The notes: generated by a model from the letters alone, not told the origin. Counted from the stretch's first letter, positions 25,780 to 39,307 are shown. The stretch: DNA of 64,000 bases from Octopus vulgaris (GCA_951406725.2 OX597831.1:71734001-71798000), one strand, 5' to 3'. A program made the numbers and translations.

Positions 25780-26090
25780 GACCCCCTTCGGTCACGACAC
25801 TGACCATGGGATTGCACCCAGGAAGCTACCCTCCCATGCAGAAGTCCGAGCAAGGTTATTTATGGAAGACCAGCAGTCGCCCATGCATACCGGCCTCCCC
25901 CCTCCACGTCACCAATGTTATCCAAGGGAAAGGCAAGGGCCGATACAGCGTGGCACCTGTGACGTCGCAACTCATTTCTACAGCTGAGTGAACTGGAGCA
26001 ACGTGAAATAAAGTGTCTTGCTCAAGAACACAACACGCAGCCCAGTTCGGGATTCGAGATCACAACCTCACGATCCACTGAGCCATGCGT
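25780..26090 (-). mobile_element. SINE family C head with tail 3
   Basis: TGAAATAAAGTGTCTTGCTCAAG core shared with the 8305 copy; different 3' region. Confidence 0.8.
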
Positions 26091-26107
26091 CTACACGTTA
26101 TACACGT

Positions 26108-26164
<57 letters not shown>

Positions 26165-26167
<3 letters not shown>

Positions 26168-26456
26168 GAGGCGCAGTGGCCCAGTGGTTAGGGCAGCGGA
26201 CTCGCGGTCGTACGATCGCGGTTTCAATTCCCAGACCGGGCGTTGTGAGTGTTTATTGAGCGAAAACATCTAAAGCTCCAGGAGGCTCCGGCAGGGGGAG
26301 GTGGCGATCCCTGCTGTACTCTTTCGCCACAACTTTCTCTCACTCTTTCTTCTGTTGGCCTGCTGCTCGTGGCGTCATTTGAAGGCTAAAACAATACGAA
26401 GAGCATTGTGACCAGCGATGTTTAACAACATCTGATAGCCTGGTCGGTGACGGTGA
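26165..26456 (+). mobile_element. SINE family B
   Basis: Homologous to 280-583. Confidence 0.9.
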
Positions 26457-26571
26457 TATATATATATATATATATATAAATAAATTATACAATACACACA
26501 CACACACACACATACACATATATACATATATATATATATATGTTAGACACTATATGCATACACATTGTTTC

Positions 26572-26950
26572 GCCTTTTATCTTTAGTTTCAGTCATTAGA
26601 GTGTGACCATGCTGGGGTACCCCCTTGAAGAATTTTATCCGAACTAATCGACCGCAGAACTCATTTCTTAAAGCCTGGTCCTGATTCTATCGGTCTCTTT
26701 CGCTGAGCCGGTAGGTTACGGAGATGTAAACACACCAGCATCAGTTGTAAAGTGTTGGGGTGGAACAAACACAGACACAAAATATACACCCACGGATATA
26801 TATGTGGTGGTGGTGGTGTGGGACTTTTTGCAGTTCCCAGCTACCAAATCCAGTGACAAGGCTATAATAGGAAATATTTGCCCAAAGTGAAGCGTTATGG
26901 GACTGAACCCGGAACCATGTAGTTGGGAAGCATGCTTACCATACGGCCAT
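26572..26950 (-). mobile_element. SINE family A, diverged
   Basis: Reverse-complement similarity. Confidence 0.8.
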
Positions 26951-28051
26951 ATAACGTTATATATTTAATTTCCAAAACATGTACAAGGATTGGAATTTAT
27001 TGGCGAAATATAGATTATACAGGTATCGTCACAAAATTTTGACCCGGAAGAATAAAAAATAAGACTGACTTTGGCGAGATTTGACCTCAGAACGAAAAGG
27101 ACCTACCTAGATACCACGAAGTATTTCGTCCCCGGTTCTAACATGTTTTCTGTCTAGAGGTTAATTAACACTCAGAGTACACGTTATTTATCACTGGATA
27201 CTATAATCTGAAGTAGTGATGTTCATTTTCCAATCCTGTGCTGGCTTTCTTTTCGTCTTTTTTTTTTTTTTCTTCAGGTGTATGTGGCACATAAGTATAT
27301 AAAACGAAAACGCTTCACCCAAGATTCGAAACAACGTGCTCATTCCGATCGGTTGTTCGGCTTTACGCGGTCGCTTTTACTGCTAGAAATGATAGCTAAA
27401 TCGTATTCCTGTCGCTCGCACGCCACCATCTTAAACAAGGAAAACAAGATGCATTCAATAATAATAATACAGTTCTATATATGCTTTGTAAAAGGACGGT
27501 ATGGTCATAGGTGGAACCTTGTTTGGCCGAAGCTGATCTGGGACTAAAGCAACCACATTCAATAAGGGTGCTTTCTGAGGATGTCTCAAAGTCAGTTGAC
27601 CACCTAAAATGCAACCCTTATACCTCCCTCAAATCACACCTTATATAGGAAGTGTATACTGAAAATAATTGCTCGAATAAACAAATACAGGATGGTCGCG
27701 GTTAAAATGCTTTCTATACATAGTTTTTCTCGTTAAGGGCTGATATAGGGATAAGCAACAGCAGCAGTTTTAATAGTTGGTTCCATTTTTCTTCAGGTAC
27801 AAAAAGAAAAAAATGAAAAATAAAATAAAAAATAAAAAACAAATCCCTAAATTTTATAGGAAAGGACGTAAGAGGTGGATAATTTTTGGATTGAAACAAT
27901 GCAAGACACTACAGAACGGTCTGATCCGCGTCAAGATATCGTACCTGCGCGTACACTTAATATACATTGGCATCGCAAAATGAATACGTACGTACATACA
28001 TGTATGTATGCATGTGTGTGTGTATATATATATACATATCTATATATACAC

Positions 28052-28221
28052 TATTGTGTCTGGGAGAGAGTCATTCTCTTTTAGTGCTTTATTATTTAAC
28101 ACACTTACCGGTCTGATTTCCACCTATTTATTTTTTTCTAAAGTAAGTGAGTGGAAATCGAACCGGTGAATGTGTTAAGTAACAAAGCACTGAAAGAGAA
28201 GGACTCTCCACAGACACAATA
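28052..28221. repeat. Imperfect fold-back between (TA)n tracts
   Basis: TATTGTGTCTG...GATTTCCAC pairs with GTGGAAATC...CAGACACAATA. Confidence 0.8.
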
Positions 28222-28513
28222 ATATATGCTTCAACACACGAATTTGCATAAAGAATCATGCAAACCAAATACAAAAACTATATATATATCGCTCAGAGAT
28301 TTATTATCGTATATATATATATATTCATACATAGGACACAATATATGACTTTAAGTGCTACTAATAGTTTCCTATGTTGAGAAATATCTCAAACATACAT
28401 CAGGCACAAACCACATTTACACACAACTCAGAGAAACAGATTCAAACATACATACATACATATATAGATACATACGTGCGTATGTATGTGTGTGTGTACG
28501 TATATATATATAT

Positions 28514-28658
<145 letters not shown>

Positions 28659-28721
28659 TAGATATATATCGGTCAGTGCTTCATATACTGGATAAGTGAC
28701 ACACTCTAAAAATTATAGAAT

Positions 28722-28851
28722 ATTTAGAAGGTTGTTTGTTATGGCCGGTCAGAGGGTGACCACTGGTTTTGCACCTTTGCAGTTAAGAGCTTTATGGGTG
28801 CGAAACCAATATTCATTCTCTGACCGATTAAAACAAACTAGGTTTCTAAAT
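28722..28851. repeat. Imperfect fold-back
   Basis: CGGTCAGAG...TGGTTTTGCACC pairs with GGTGCGAAACCA...CTCTGACCG. Confidence 0.7.
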
Positions 28852-29410
28852 TTATATATTATATTATATTATGTTATGATTCGGCGCCAATGAGTGTTAT
28901 TCATTTTTAAAATCGTGTTTTACATGCTTTTGTTCTCAGTTGAATCGAATGTGTGGTTTTTATTCGAAGAAAGGAAATGATAATCGAAACCCGGGTTTTG
29001 ACGCTGACCTTAAGGACAATGTGAAACTGTAAAATTAGAGAATAAGAGCTAACAATACCAGCAACATCAATGAGAATTACACACATGTACGTATGTATAC
29101 GCAGATACTTACGTACACACATGTACAAGGAAAGCCGAATTTAAAACTTAATTAGAACATCGTGCGAAAAGTTAAAACTTGTTCAGATTAAAAGATTAAA
29201 AACTTCAAAATCATATTTACCTTAACATCACATTATAATTGTCAGTTCAATAAAGATCGGATAATGAAAATAATCCAGTGTTAATTTAGTCTCCAAAATA
29301 TATTCGTTCCGTTTTCTCCCTCCTATTGTTTAAAGAATGTTGTGATTAAGGAAGAAGAGAAAAAGTTCTACAGAAGCGAACAAATCCTTCGTGTATAGTC
29401 GTTGCCTGCC

Positions 29411-29499
<89 letters not shown>

Positions 29500-29500
29500 T

Positions 29501-29532
<32 letters not shown>

Positions 29533-29590
29533 GGTAGTAGTGGTAGTAGTAGTAGTAGTAGTGGTGGTGGTGGTGGTGATGGTGGTGGTG
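29411..29590. repeat. (GTA)n/(GTG)n microsatellite
   Basis: Direct reading. Confidence 0.95.
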
Positions 29591-29889
29591 GTGTTATTGT
29601 TTTCGTTGTTGTTGGTGTTGTTGTTTTTGTTTCTATCGCTCTGTTGCAGTCAGATGCCGAGTAGTGAGGTATGATGAAAGAGTGGTGGTGGTGGTGGTGG
29701 TGGTGGTGGTGAGCCGGGGGGAGGGAAGGGTCTTTTTTTACTTATATATATCAAGAGTCATTCTAAACAGGCGACTAATAATAAAAATTCACTTTCTTCA
29801 AGACTTGCTGCGCTCAGCGACCCAACTTGTTTCCCCGCAAAAGTGAAAACAAAAAGTAAAAGAAAAAAGAGAAGTTTATCATACATGCG

Positions 29890-29934
<45 letters not shown>

Positions 29935-30453
29935 AAGTGTGCCAATGATTGTTTCCACTTCTCTCTTCGTATGTGGGTGTCTTTTTTCTAATGCTGTCTT
30001 TGTTAGACTCTATTCCCAGATCATTGTGTACGTTTGTGCGTTTGTGTGTTAGTCTTTTTAACTTACCATGACTTCCTCTCTCTCTCTTTCTCCCTCTCTC
30101 TCTCTTTGTATGTGCGTGCGTGTGTGGGTAAGTGTATATGTATATATATGAACGTATGTAACTGCATGTGTGTGGTGCATGTGCATACATATATGTGTCT
30201 AATGCATGTATATGTGCGTACGTTTATGTATATATATGTATGTATATTATATGCCTGTGCCTGTTTTTGTGTATGTATATACGTATGTATTTCTTTATGT
30301 GTAGGTTTCTTTGTGAGTGTGCACATATATATATATATATACACATACAATATATATACGTGTGTGTGTGTGAATGTATAGATGCGTATGTATGTTTATG
30401 TATATCTTTATGCAACTTCATTTATATTTATATATATGCATATATATATATAC

Positions 30454-30504
<51 letters not shown>

Positions 30505-30505
30505 A

Positions 30506-30555
<50 letters not shown>

Positions 30556-30653
30556 CTATATACATATATATCTATTATTTTTTTATTTTATTTTATCTAG
30601 TTTCAGCTCACGAGCTGTAGCCATGCTGGGGCACGGCCATATATATATATACA

Positions 30654-30726
<73 letters not shown>

Positions 30727-30791
30727 TAAACACATAAATGTGAAACAAGGTGGAAAAAAGAGTACTCAAATACCAGTGGTAGAGTAATATG

Positions 30792-30947
30792 CTTTATTTA
30801 AAGCAGCAGAAAATTCAACAAAATCTGTTACTCTGAGTTTCTCGTTGCCGTTCATCAGACAGTTTTCTAGCAAAAACTGTCTGATGAACGGCAACGAGAA
30901 ACTCAGAGTAACAGATTTTGTTGAATTTTCTGCTGCTTTAAATAAAG
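30792..30947. ncRNA. Near-perfect palindrome encoding a minimal type-I hammerhead on each strand
   Basis: Plus 30877-30914: CTGT-CTGATGA-ACG(GCAA)CGA-GAA-ACTCAGAGT-A-ACAG; identical motif on minus strand in the left arm; element flanked by (TA)n. Confidence 0.75.
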
Positions 30948-31308
30948 TATATATATATATATATATTCATTTATACATGAATGGTTACGTATGTGTGCAT
31001 GTATAAATGTTTATGGGTGTTTCTTTATGCGTATACACACACACACAAACACCCACCCACACACACACACACAAACATATATACACATATATGAATATAT
31101 AAGGGTGCGTATGTGTGTGCGTATACGAATGGGGGGAAAAAAGGTGCGTAAGTAGATGCGCTGGTTTATGTTAAATTCGGTGTCTCTGGAACTAAATGGG
31201 TGAATAGGAAAGTTCTATGTGTGTGTGTGTGTGTATAAGTGCACTTGCACATATTCACGTATGTAATAGAGGGTGTGTATATATATGGGGTTGCATGGAC
31301 GGAGGGGA

Positions 31309-31347
<39 letters not shown>

Positions 31348-31481
31348 GCAAAAGTTCTGCTATTAAATTGAAAGCTAGGAAGAACAATATCAAAGAATGT
31401 AACACCCAGACTCATACATACATACATACATACATACATAGATACATATACACACACATACGTACATACACACATACACAC

Positions 31482-31512
<31 letters not shown>

Positions 31513-31852
31513 TATACGTACATACACACATACACACACACACATACATACACACATACATACATACATACATACATACATACATACATACATACATACA
31601 TACATACATACACACATACATACATACATACACACACATACATACATACATACATACATACACACATACATACATTCATTCATACAAGCACATTATACTC
31701 CCACCTCCTCATTTCTGTGCGTAAATTATATCTGCCTGCACACCTTCGGCAATACCCAAGCCTATCCTTTTACACACCTCCACTAAAAGCAACAAACATA
31801 TATTCGTACGCGCGCACACACACACCCAAACACACACACACATACAGATGCA

Positions 31853-31897
<45 letters not shown>

Positions 31898-32016
31898 TCA
31901 CAAGCACACATACATATATACATGTGTGCATGCGTGTTTGTGTTTGTGTGCTAATTTCTTTATAATTTAGCGCACAAATAAGATATGATAATAGCGTATG
32001 TATGTATGTGTGTATG

Positions 32017-32050
<34 letters not shown>

Positions 32051-32060
32051 TGTATGTATG

Positions 32061-32115
<55 letters not shown>

Positions 32116-32141
32116 GTGGTGTGTGTGTGTGTGTATATATG

Positions 32142-32187
<46 letters not shown>

Positions 32188-32196
32188 GTATATATG

Positions 32197-32233
<37 letters not shown>

Positions 32234-32240
32234 CTGTGTG

Positions 32241-32278
<38 letters not shown>

Positions 32279-32288
32279 CGTATGTAAT

Positions 32289-32514
32289 GTGGAGGCGCAA
32301 TGGCCCAGTGGTTGTAAGATCGCGGTTTCGATTCCCAGACCGGGCGTTGTGAGTGTTTATTGAGCGAAAGCACCTAAAGCTCCACTAGGCTCTGGTAGGG
32401 GCTGGTGGTAATCTCTGCTGCGGGGTGGCGTTATTTAAAAGGCTTAAAACAATCCAAAACGCATTGTGACCAGCGATGTGTAGAAACATCTGACAGCCTG
32501 GTCGGTCGCGGTGA
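32289..32514 (+). mobile_element. SINE family B, internally deleted
   Basis: Homologous to 280-583. Confidence 0.85.
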
Positions 32515-32572
32515 TATATGTATATAATATAGTATAATATAATATAATATGTATATATGTATATATGTATAT

Positions 32573-32616
<44 letters not shown>

Positions 32617-32754
32617 CGGAGATGTACTCGCATAGCAAGTAATTTGATCTGAGATCGTGTGCTGAAACGAAAACAATTGCAGCGTGGAAGGTGTTTATAA
32701 GCCATTTAAAAAACACACAAAAGCCGTTCGATTCACTTCAACATTTAAGTTTAA

Positions 32755-32804
32755 TTTGTCAAAATATTTTCGTCGCTAAAATCCGCGACCTGTTCACTGA
32801 CAAA
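32755..32804 (-). ncRNA. Minimal hammerhead-like motif with G3-C8 core, in an element at about 32615-32833 between (TA)n tracts
   Basis: Minus strand TTTGTCA-GTGAACA-G-GTCGC(GGATTTTA)GCGAC-GAA-AATATT-T-TGACAAA: 7-bp stem I, 5-bp stem II, palindromic stem III. Confidence 0.7.
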
Positions 32805-32830
32805 GTCCGTGCTGCATCTAAAAGTCCGTG

Positions 32831-32872
<42 letters not shown>

Positions 32873-32877
<5 letters not shown>

Positions 32878-33077
32878 TAATCCAAACAAGAAAGCACAAA
32901 AAAAACACAACAACGCGAGGACGTGGAACAAATATAGTATTATTGGACGCTCAGGAAAGAAGGAGGGTTTAACGTTTCGAGCGGAGCTCTTCGTCGGAAA
33001 CATAGGAGAAGGAAAGATCCAGAGAAGGGAAGACAGAGGAAAAAAATCGCCAACGGTACACACGAGGTCACATTTTG
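32873..33077 (-). mobile_element. Short pLTR-like element with U4C hammerhead motif (32967-33001)
   Basis: Same motif as 11442-11476; flanked by (TA)n. Confidence 0.7.
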
Positions 33078-33349
33078 ATATACATATATATATATATGTG
33101 TGTGTTTACGAGCTTTTTACAGTTTCCGCCTAACGAATCCACTCACAAGCCTTTGTAGAAGGCCCAAGGTGCCACACAGTGGGAATGAACCCGGAACAAT
33201 GTTGTTGGGAAGCAAGCTTCTTACCACACACCCACTAAATATATATTTTTTATTTTATTTTATTTTATCTAGTTTCAGCTCACGAGCTGTGGCCATGCTG
33301 GGGCACCAAATATATATGTAATGTTTTTTTTATTCTTTTGTTTGTTTTA

Positions 33350-33522
33350 TTCATTAAACAGCGACCATGCTGGGGCACTGTCTTGATGAGTGTTGGCCTC
33401 GGACTTGTCTTTACTCCTGCTATTTATTCCATCGGACTTTTTCCGTCGAACAGCTTGCTTATAGGACCAAGAAAGAAAGCTTGCATGCGCACGCGTGCGC
33501 ACGTGTATTATATGTGTGTGCG

Positions 33523-33560
<38 letters not shown>

Positions 33561-33730
33561 CGTGTGTGTGTGTGTGTGTGTGTATGATGGGCTTCCCCGA
33601 AGTTTTCCTTTACCAAATTCATTCACAATGCATTAATCGTCTATACTATAAATTTTTACATGGTGCCCTGCAGTGGGACCGAACTCGATACCACGTAGTT
33701 GCGAAGCGTACTTCTTACCCGTACCACAAT
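33350..33730 (-). mobile_element. SINE family A, old diverged copy
   Basis: CCATGCTGGGGCAC tail and CAGTGGGACCGAAC head in reverse orientation. Confidence 0.65.
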
Positions 33731-33749
33731 GCACTTGTGTGCGAGTGTG

Positions 33750-33796
<47 letters not shown>

Positions 33797-34031
33797 GTGT
33801 GTGTGCGTGTGTGTGTGTTTGTGTGTGTGTGTAAAGTTTTGTGGAGAAAGGAAAGAATGAGGTGGAGAGTGGGAGAGAGGGAGAGAGTGTGTGTTACGTG
33901 TAGGAGGGTAGGGTGATGTGAATGTACGGTCACAGAGGATGGCAAAGCAGCCGTTTATATTTTCTGTTTCTCCTACTGACAGGGTAGGGCATCTGACAGG
34001 AGCAGCAGAGCTTTTCTGTCATATAGATAAC

Positions 34032-34718
<687 letters not shown>

Positions 34719-34912
34719 AAATAATCTGCTAAACACACACATATTTATATTCTTGTTTTATCATTAAATTCTTCATTTAACCAAACCGTAATTAGTCAAT
34801 TTGAACAGCGAAATGACAAGTAATTAAGAAGATTGGCATTAAATTTTTCATTTAACCAATCCATAATTAGTCAGTTTCAATTGATAACTCTTGTTCTTGT
34901 CATCTCTTTTTG

Positions 34913-34947
<35 letters not shown>

Positions 34948-35208
34948 CATTTATCTTCTGTTTTTTTTTTGTTGTTTTTTAAAATTTATATTCCTTTTTT
35001 TTTCTTTTCTTTAACTTTAATTCTTCCGCTCCTTCTTTGTCCCGTTCAGCTTTTGGATTTATTTATTTATTTTATTAATTTATTTACTTCTTTAGATCAT
35101 TATGTTATCATTTCTTACCACACACATACACACACAGACACACATACACAAGCACACACACACACTCCTACATAACGTTATACATACATACATACATACA
35201 TACATACA

Positions 35209-35244
<36 letters not shown>

Positions 35245-35290
35245 TATGTGTGCGTGTGTGTGTGTGTATGTATATATATATGTGTGTATG

Positions 35291-35507
35291 TGTATGTTTG
35301 TGTCTCTGTGTTTGTCTCCCACCCCCACCATCGCTTGACAACGATGCTGCTGTGTTTACGTCTCCGTAACTTAGCGGTTTGGCAAAACAGACCGATAGAA
35401 TAAGTACTAGGCTTACAAAGAATAAGTTCATGGGACGATTTGTACGACTACAGGCGGTGCTCCAGCGTGGCCGCAGTCAAATGAATGAAACAAATATAAA
35501 GGTAAAA
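35291..35507 (+). mobile_element. SINE family A, 3' half
   Basis: CATCGCTTGACA...CTTAGCGGTT...GCGGTGCTCCAGC. Confidence 0.85.
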
Positions 35508-35542
35508 CTGTGTGTGTGTATATATATATATATATAATATAT

Positions 35543-35789
35543 TAATGAATAAAACATATGCATATATACATACATATATGTACGTACCTACCTCTACATG
35601 TATATATACATGCATATATGGGTACAGGACACCAAAAAAACGTTGAACACAATGAGAAACGAAAACATAGACACAAAACCAAGGAAATGGACATTTTTCT
35701 TAAACAACAAAAAAATAGAGTATAGGACAAATAACACAAGGAAAAAACCCCTTCTTCAGTCGCCATGGTTTCATCTACTCTACGTTTCG

Positions 35790-35794
<5 letters not shown>
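35543..35794 (-). mobile_element. (TA)n-embedded pLTR-like repeat; copies at about 11210-11670, 37260-37572, 62850-63170
   Basis: Shared GGTACAGGACAC...GAGAAACGAAAAC...CCCCTTCTTC block; minus strand has CGAAACGTA followed by CTGAAGAAGGGG. Confidence 0.65.
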
Positions 35795-35860
<66 letters not shown>

Positions 35861-35900
35861 TCAATTAAACACGTACTATTCTACGTGAATTGGACTTCAA

Positions 35901-37140
35901 TTTTTTTTTTCATGTATATCTTTATTAAGAAACATTTCTCATGGCCCAAAAAGACAAAATGGTGAAGGTGTTGCCCTGGAGGTAGGCGAAGGAGATGTGC
36001 TGGAACAGCCACTGTGACTCACGGGGCTCGTACTTGCAGACAGTCATCTCGGCCCCTATTGCGGTGAGCAGGGATATGGTTCGGGAACCAAGAACGCTGG
36101 CGGTCTCCACTGCTCGACCATAAACTTGTCGGAGGGCGACCGATACCTTAATTTTCTTTTCTTAGTCTGACAAGCAGCGGAGCCTGAGCTGATAGCTGAC
36201 CACACCTAATTGCCACTGGAGAAAGTATCACAGCTGGTGACAACCAGTTGAGGGGCCCACCGCCGCTGAACGGGAAAATTGGTGTACCGTCCGGCTTTTG
36301 ACTGTTCCTTCGGTGTAAACCTGCTAGCTCAAGGTGGAAAGAGAAGCCTGCGACGTCTAGGCCATACTTTATGTTCTTGTTAAGGGCGGCACAGCGTGGA
36401 AGACGGCCAACACTTTGACGCACGACAATGAATGGAGACCGACAGAATACAAAGTGGATCCGCAGCGGCATTCATGAGACTCACAGATCTGGAGGTCAAG
36501 CCCCGGGGAAACACCGATGCGAAGATACTCGCTATCAAGCTGAGTGCCAGTTGCGGGTGATGGCACTGCACTGAGTCAAGATCCATTCTAAGCTTCGGAG
36601 GCTGAGCGGAATCATGCTCGACGGTGATGGTCAAGTCGACGCACGAACTCGTCTGCGATCATGCATCCCATTTCTTATTAAAAGGGCCGGAAGTTCTTAT
36701 AGGGAGAGAGGATGGACGTCAGCAGGGTGCAGGCCGAGCTGACTTCATGTCGTAAAGGCCACCTCGTGTTTCCCAATCAAGATGGTTCAGTTGTGTTGAG
36801 AAAAACCCTGTTAATAAGGCCACGGCAAGACGTCACCGAGGAGAAAAAAGCCCGTGAAACGGGAGATCGAAGGCCGAGGCCGAGGCCGTCATATTTGATG
36901 AGTAAGGCGACGTGTTATCGTCCAGTGTCGTCGAACCGAACGTCGTATATCTCTTTGGAGGCTCGTTGGATACAGGCGTCGAGATATGTGAGGAGAGATA
37001 TGTGACTGTAGCAAGGGGCACTGCAGAGGGTATACAATGGCTTCGCCATGGCGAAGCAGTTCTTTAACAGAAGCAATGCTGCGTGGGTGTCGATCTCATT
37101 CAATCTGTATGTCAATCTTTCAAGCGGGAAATATTTAGAG
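35901..37140 (-). pseudogene. 3' part of a CRE-clade non-LTR retrotransposon (RT thumb, Zn finger, restriction-like endonuclease)
   Basis: HAALLLLKNCFAMAKPLYTLCSAPCY; CRCG...GLHSLSC...GRLPR; KPDG; VET..VLG...EPRESQWLFQHISFAYLQGN; AATAAA plus A10 tail at about 35901-35926; multiple frameshifts. Confidence 0.8.
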
Positions 37141-37572
37141 CTGAAGGTGGAGGACTGAGTCCCACAGCGTGGCACCTTAGACAAGTGTCTTCTACTATAG
37201 CTTCATGCCGACCACGCTGAAAGAAACCTGCCATATGTATGTAGTCATGTATGTATCAATACCTTCGAAACACGGAGTAGTCGAAGCAGGGGCAGTTGAA
37301 GAAGGGGAAAGTTCCTTGTGTTGTATGTTTTGTACTCTGTTTTTTCGTTGTTTGAAAAAGTCCGTTTCCATGTTTTTGTTTTTATGTTTTCGTTTCTCGT
37401 TGTGTTCTACGTTTTTTTTTGTGTGCTGTACTCATATATGCATGTATACATACATATAGATATAGGTATGTACATATATATATGTATGTATGTATGTATG
37501 TTTGTATGTATATGTTTTATTTATTAATTTGTTATTATATGATCGAACGCCACGTTTCCACTTCCAAATAAG

Positions 37573-37616
<44 letters not shown>

Positions 37617-37619
37617 GAG

Positions 37620-37775
37620 CGCGTGTGTACCGTTGGCGATTTTTTTCCTATGTTTCCGACGAAGAGCTCCGCTCGAAACGTTAAATCCTCCTTCTTTCCT
37701 GAGCGTCCAATAATACTATATTTGTTCCACGTCCTCGCGTTGTTGTGTTTTTTTTGTGTGCTTTCATGTTTGGAT

Positions 37776-37780
<5 letters not shown>
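37620..37780 (+). mobile_element. Short pLTR-like element with U4C hammerhead motif (37652-37686)
   Basis: GTTTCCGACGAAGAGCTCCGCTCGAAACGTTAAAT; (TA)n on both sides. Confidence 0.7.
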
Positions 37781-37815
<35 letters not shown>

Positions 37816-37989
37816 ACATCTATATATATATATATATCCCACATCCAAAACGGAGACGAACACCATTCCTCCATGTGATCGACTTTAAAATTTGGTACGA
37901 TATTAAGATATTAAGATATTTTCTTAACATGAAACCAATGGTAGCCTTAATACAGAATAAAGAAATACGGTGTTGGGCACTTATTCTCA

Positions 37990-38211
37990 TTGTGTGTGTC
38001 TTTGTGTCTGTGTTTGTCCCCATTCACCGTTTGACCACGGTGCTGGTGTGTTCGCGTCCCCGTAAGCTAGCGCTACGGCAAAAGAGACCGATAAAATAAA
38101 TACCATGCTTTAAAAAACAAGTACTGGAGTCGATACATTCGCCTAAAAATTCTAGACGATGCCCCAGCATGACCGCAGTCAAATGACTGAAAACAAGCGA
38201 AAGATAAAAGA
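37990..38211 (+). mobile_element. SINE family A, 3' half
   Basis: Tail similarity. Confidence 0.8.
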
Positions 38212-38504
38212 CTAAAACTCTGTCTGGCACGTGTTTCTACTTACATAGATATCCTCGAATGTTGCATCCGGTTGCATCCAGTTGGTTTCAGTTGACATAT
38301 TCAAGGATATGCAGAAGGAAGACGAGTCGGTCAGAGATTTAATGTAGACACATTGTGGATAATACTGTAATAAAGTCTTTGAGGATACATAATCCTCAAT
38401 TCTCATTTTAACACTGTATACATACAATCATACATACACACACATACATACATACATGTATTGACTGCTATATCCAGTAAACATTGGGGCTTTCTTGTAC
38501 CACT

Positions 38505-38577
<73 letters not shown>

Positions 38578-38696
38578 AGAGTTTACGAAAAAAAACAAGG
38601 AGAGAAAAAAAGGAGAGAAAAAAGGAGAGAAAAATGTGTGTAGTGGCTAACGATCTATCATGGCGACTATATATATATATATATACATATACATAC

Positions 38697-38776
<80 letters not shown>

Positions 38777-38779
<3 letters not shown>

Positions 38780-38894
38780 GGGCATTTCTATACATAAATG
38801 CCCCACACTAGGAGGGACGCTTACAATCAAAACTACAGTTTTGACTGTAAGAGACCCTCCTAGCGTGAGGCATTTATGTATAGAAATGCCCTTA
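38777..38894. repeat. 118-bp near-perfect hairpin next to (TA)n
   Basis: TAAGGGCATTTCTATACATAAATGCC pairs with GGCATTTATGTATAGAAATGCCCTTA; 2-nt loop. Confidence 0.9.
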
Positions 38895-39001
38895 CTATAA
38901 ATAAATATATTTAAGAGGAACAATTGATGGAATTTTCCCTTATGAAGTTTTTCACGCTAACTACTTGATAAATTCTTATAAAGATTCTATCCTATTTTTC
39001 A

Positions 39002-39073
<72 letters not shown>

Positions 39074-39307
39074 GTATGTATGTTTATATATGTATATATA
39101 GACATACATACATTTCGCCATGTTGAACCGTTAATCGCTGGACATTTTTCTCCTGTTTTTTTTTCCTCTCAATGCCGGAGAGCGTAGGCTAGAAACGTCA
39201 AAGACTTTTACATTCTTCTCGAGCATTAAACATCACACCTGCTTATTCCTTCACCTGTCCTCGTCTTCTGGTTTCTGTAAATTTAAACTATATTTATATA
39301 TAGATAT

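Noticed and set aside
27246-27300. Strong-looking splice acceptor (poly-T + CAG at 27275-27277)
   Set aside because: No convincing downstream coding frame or donor; the following sequence is a decayed repeat; cannot be supported without RNA data
30575-33307. Near-identical 60-bp segments at about 30575-30637 and 33245-33307
   Set aside because: Explained as 5'-truncated minus-strand SINE tails (CCAGCATGGC...GAAACTAGATAAAA), not a new element
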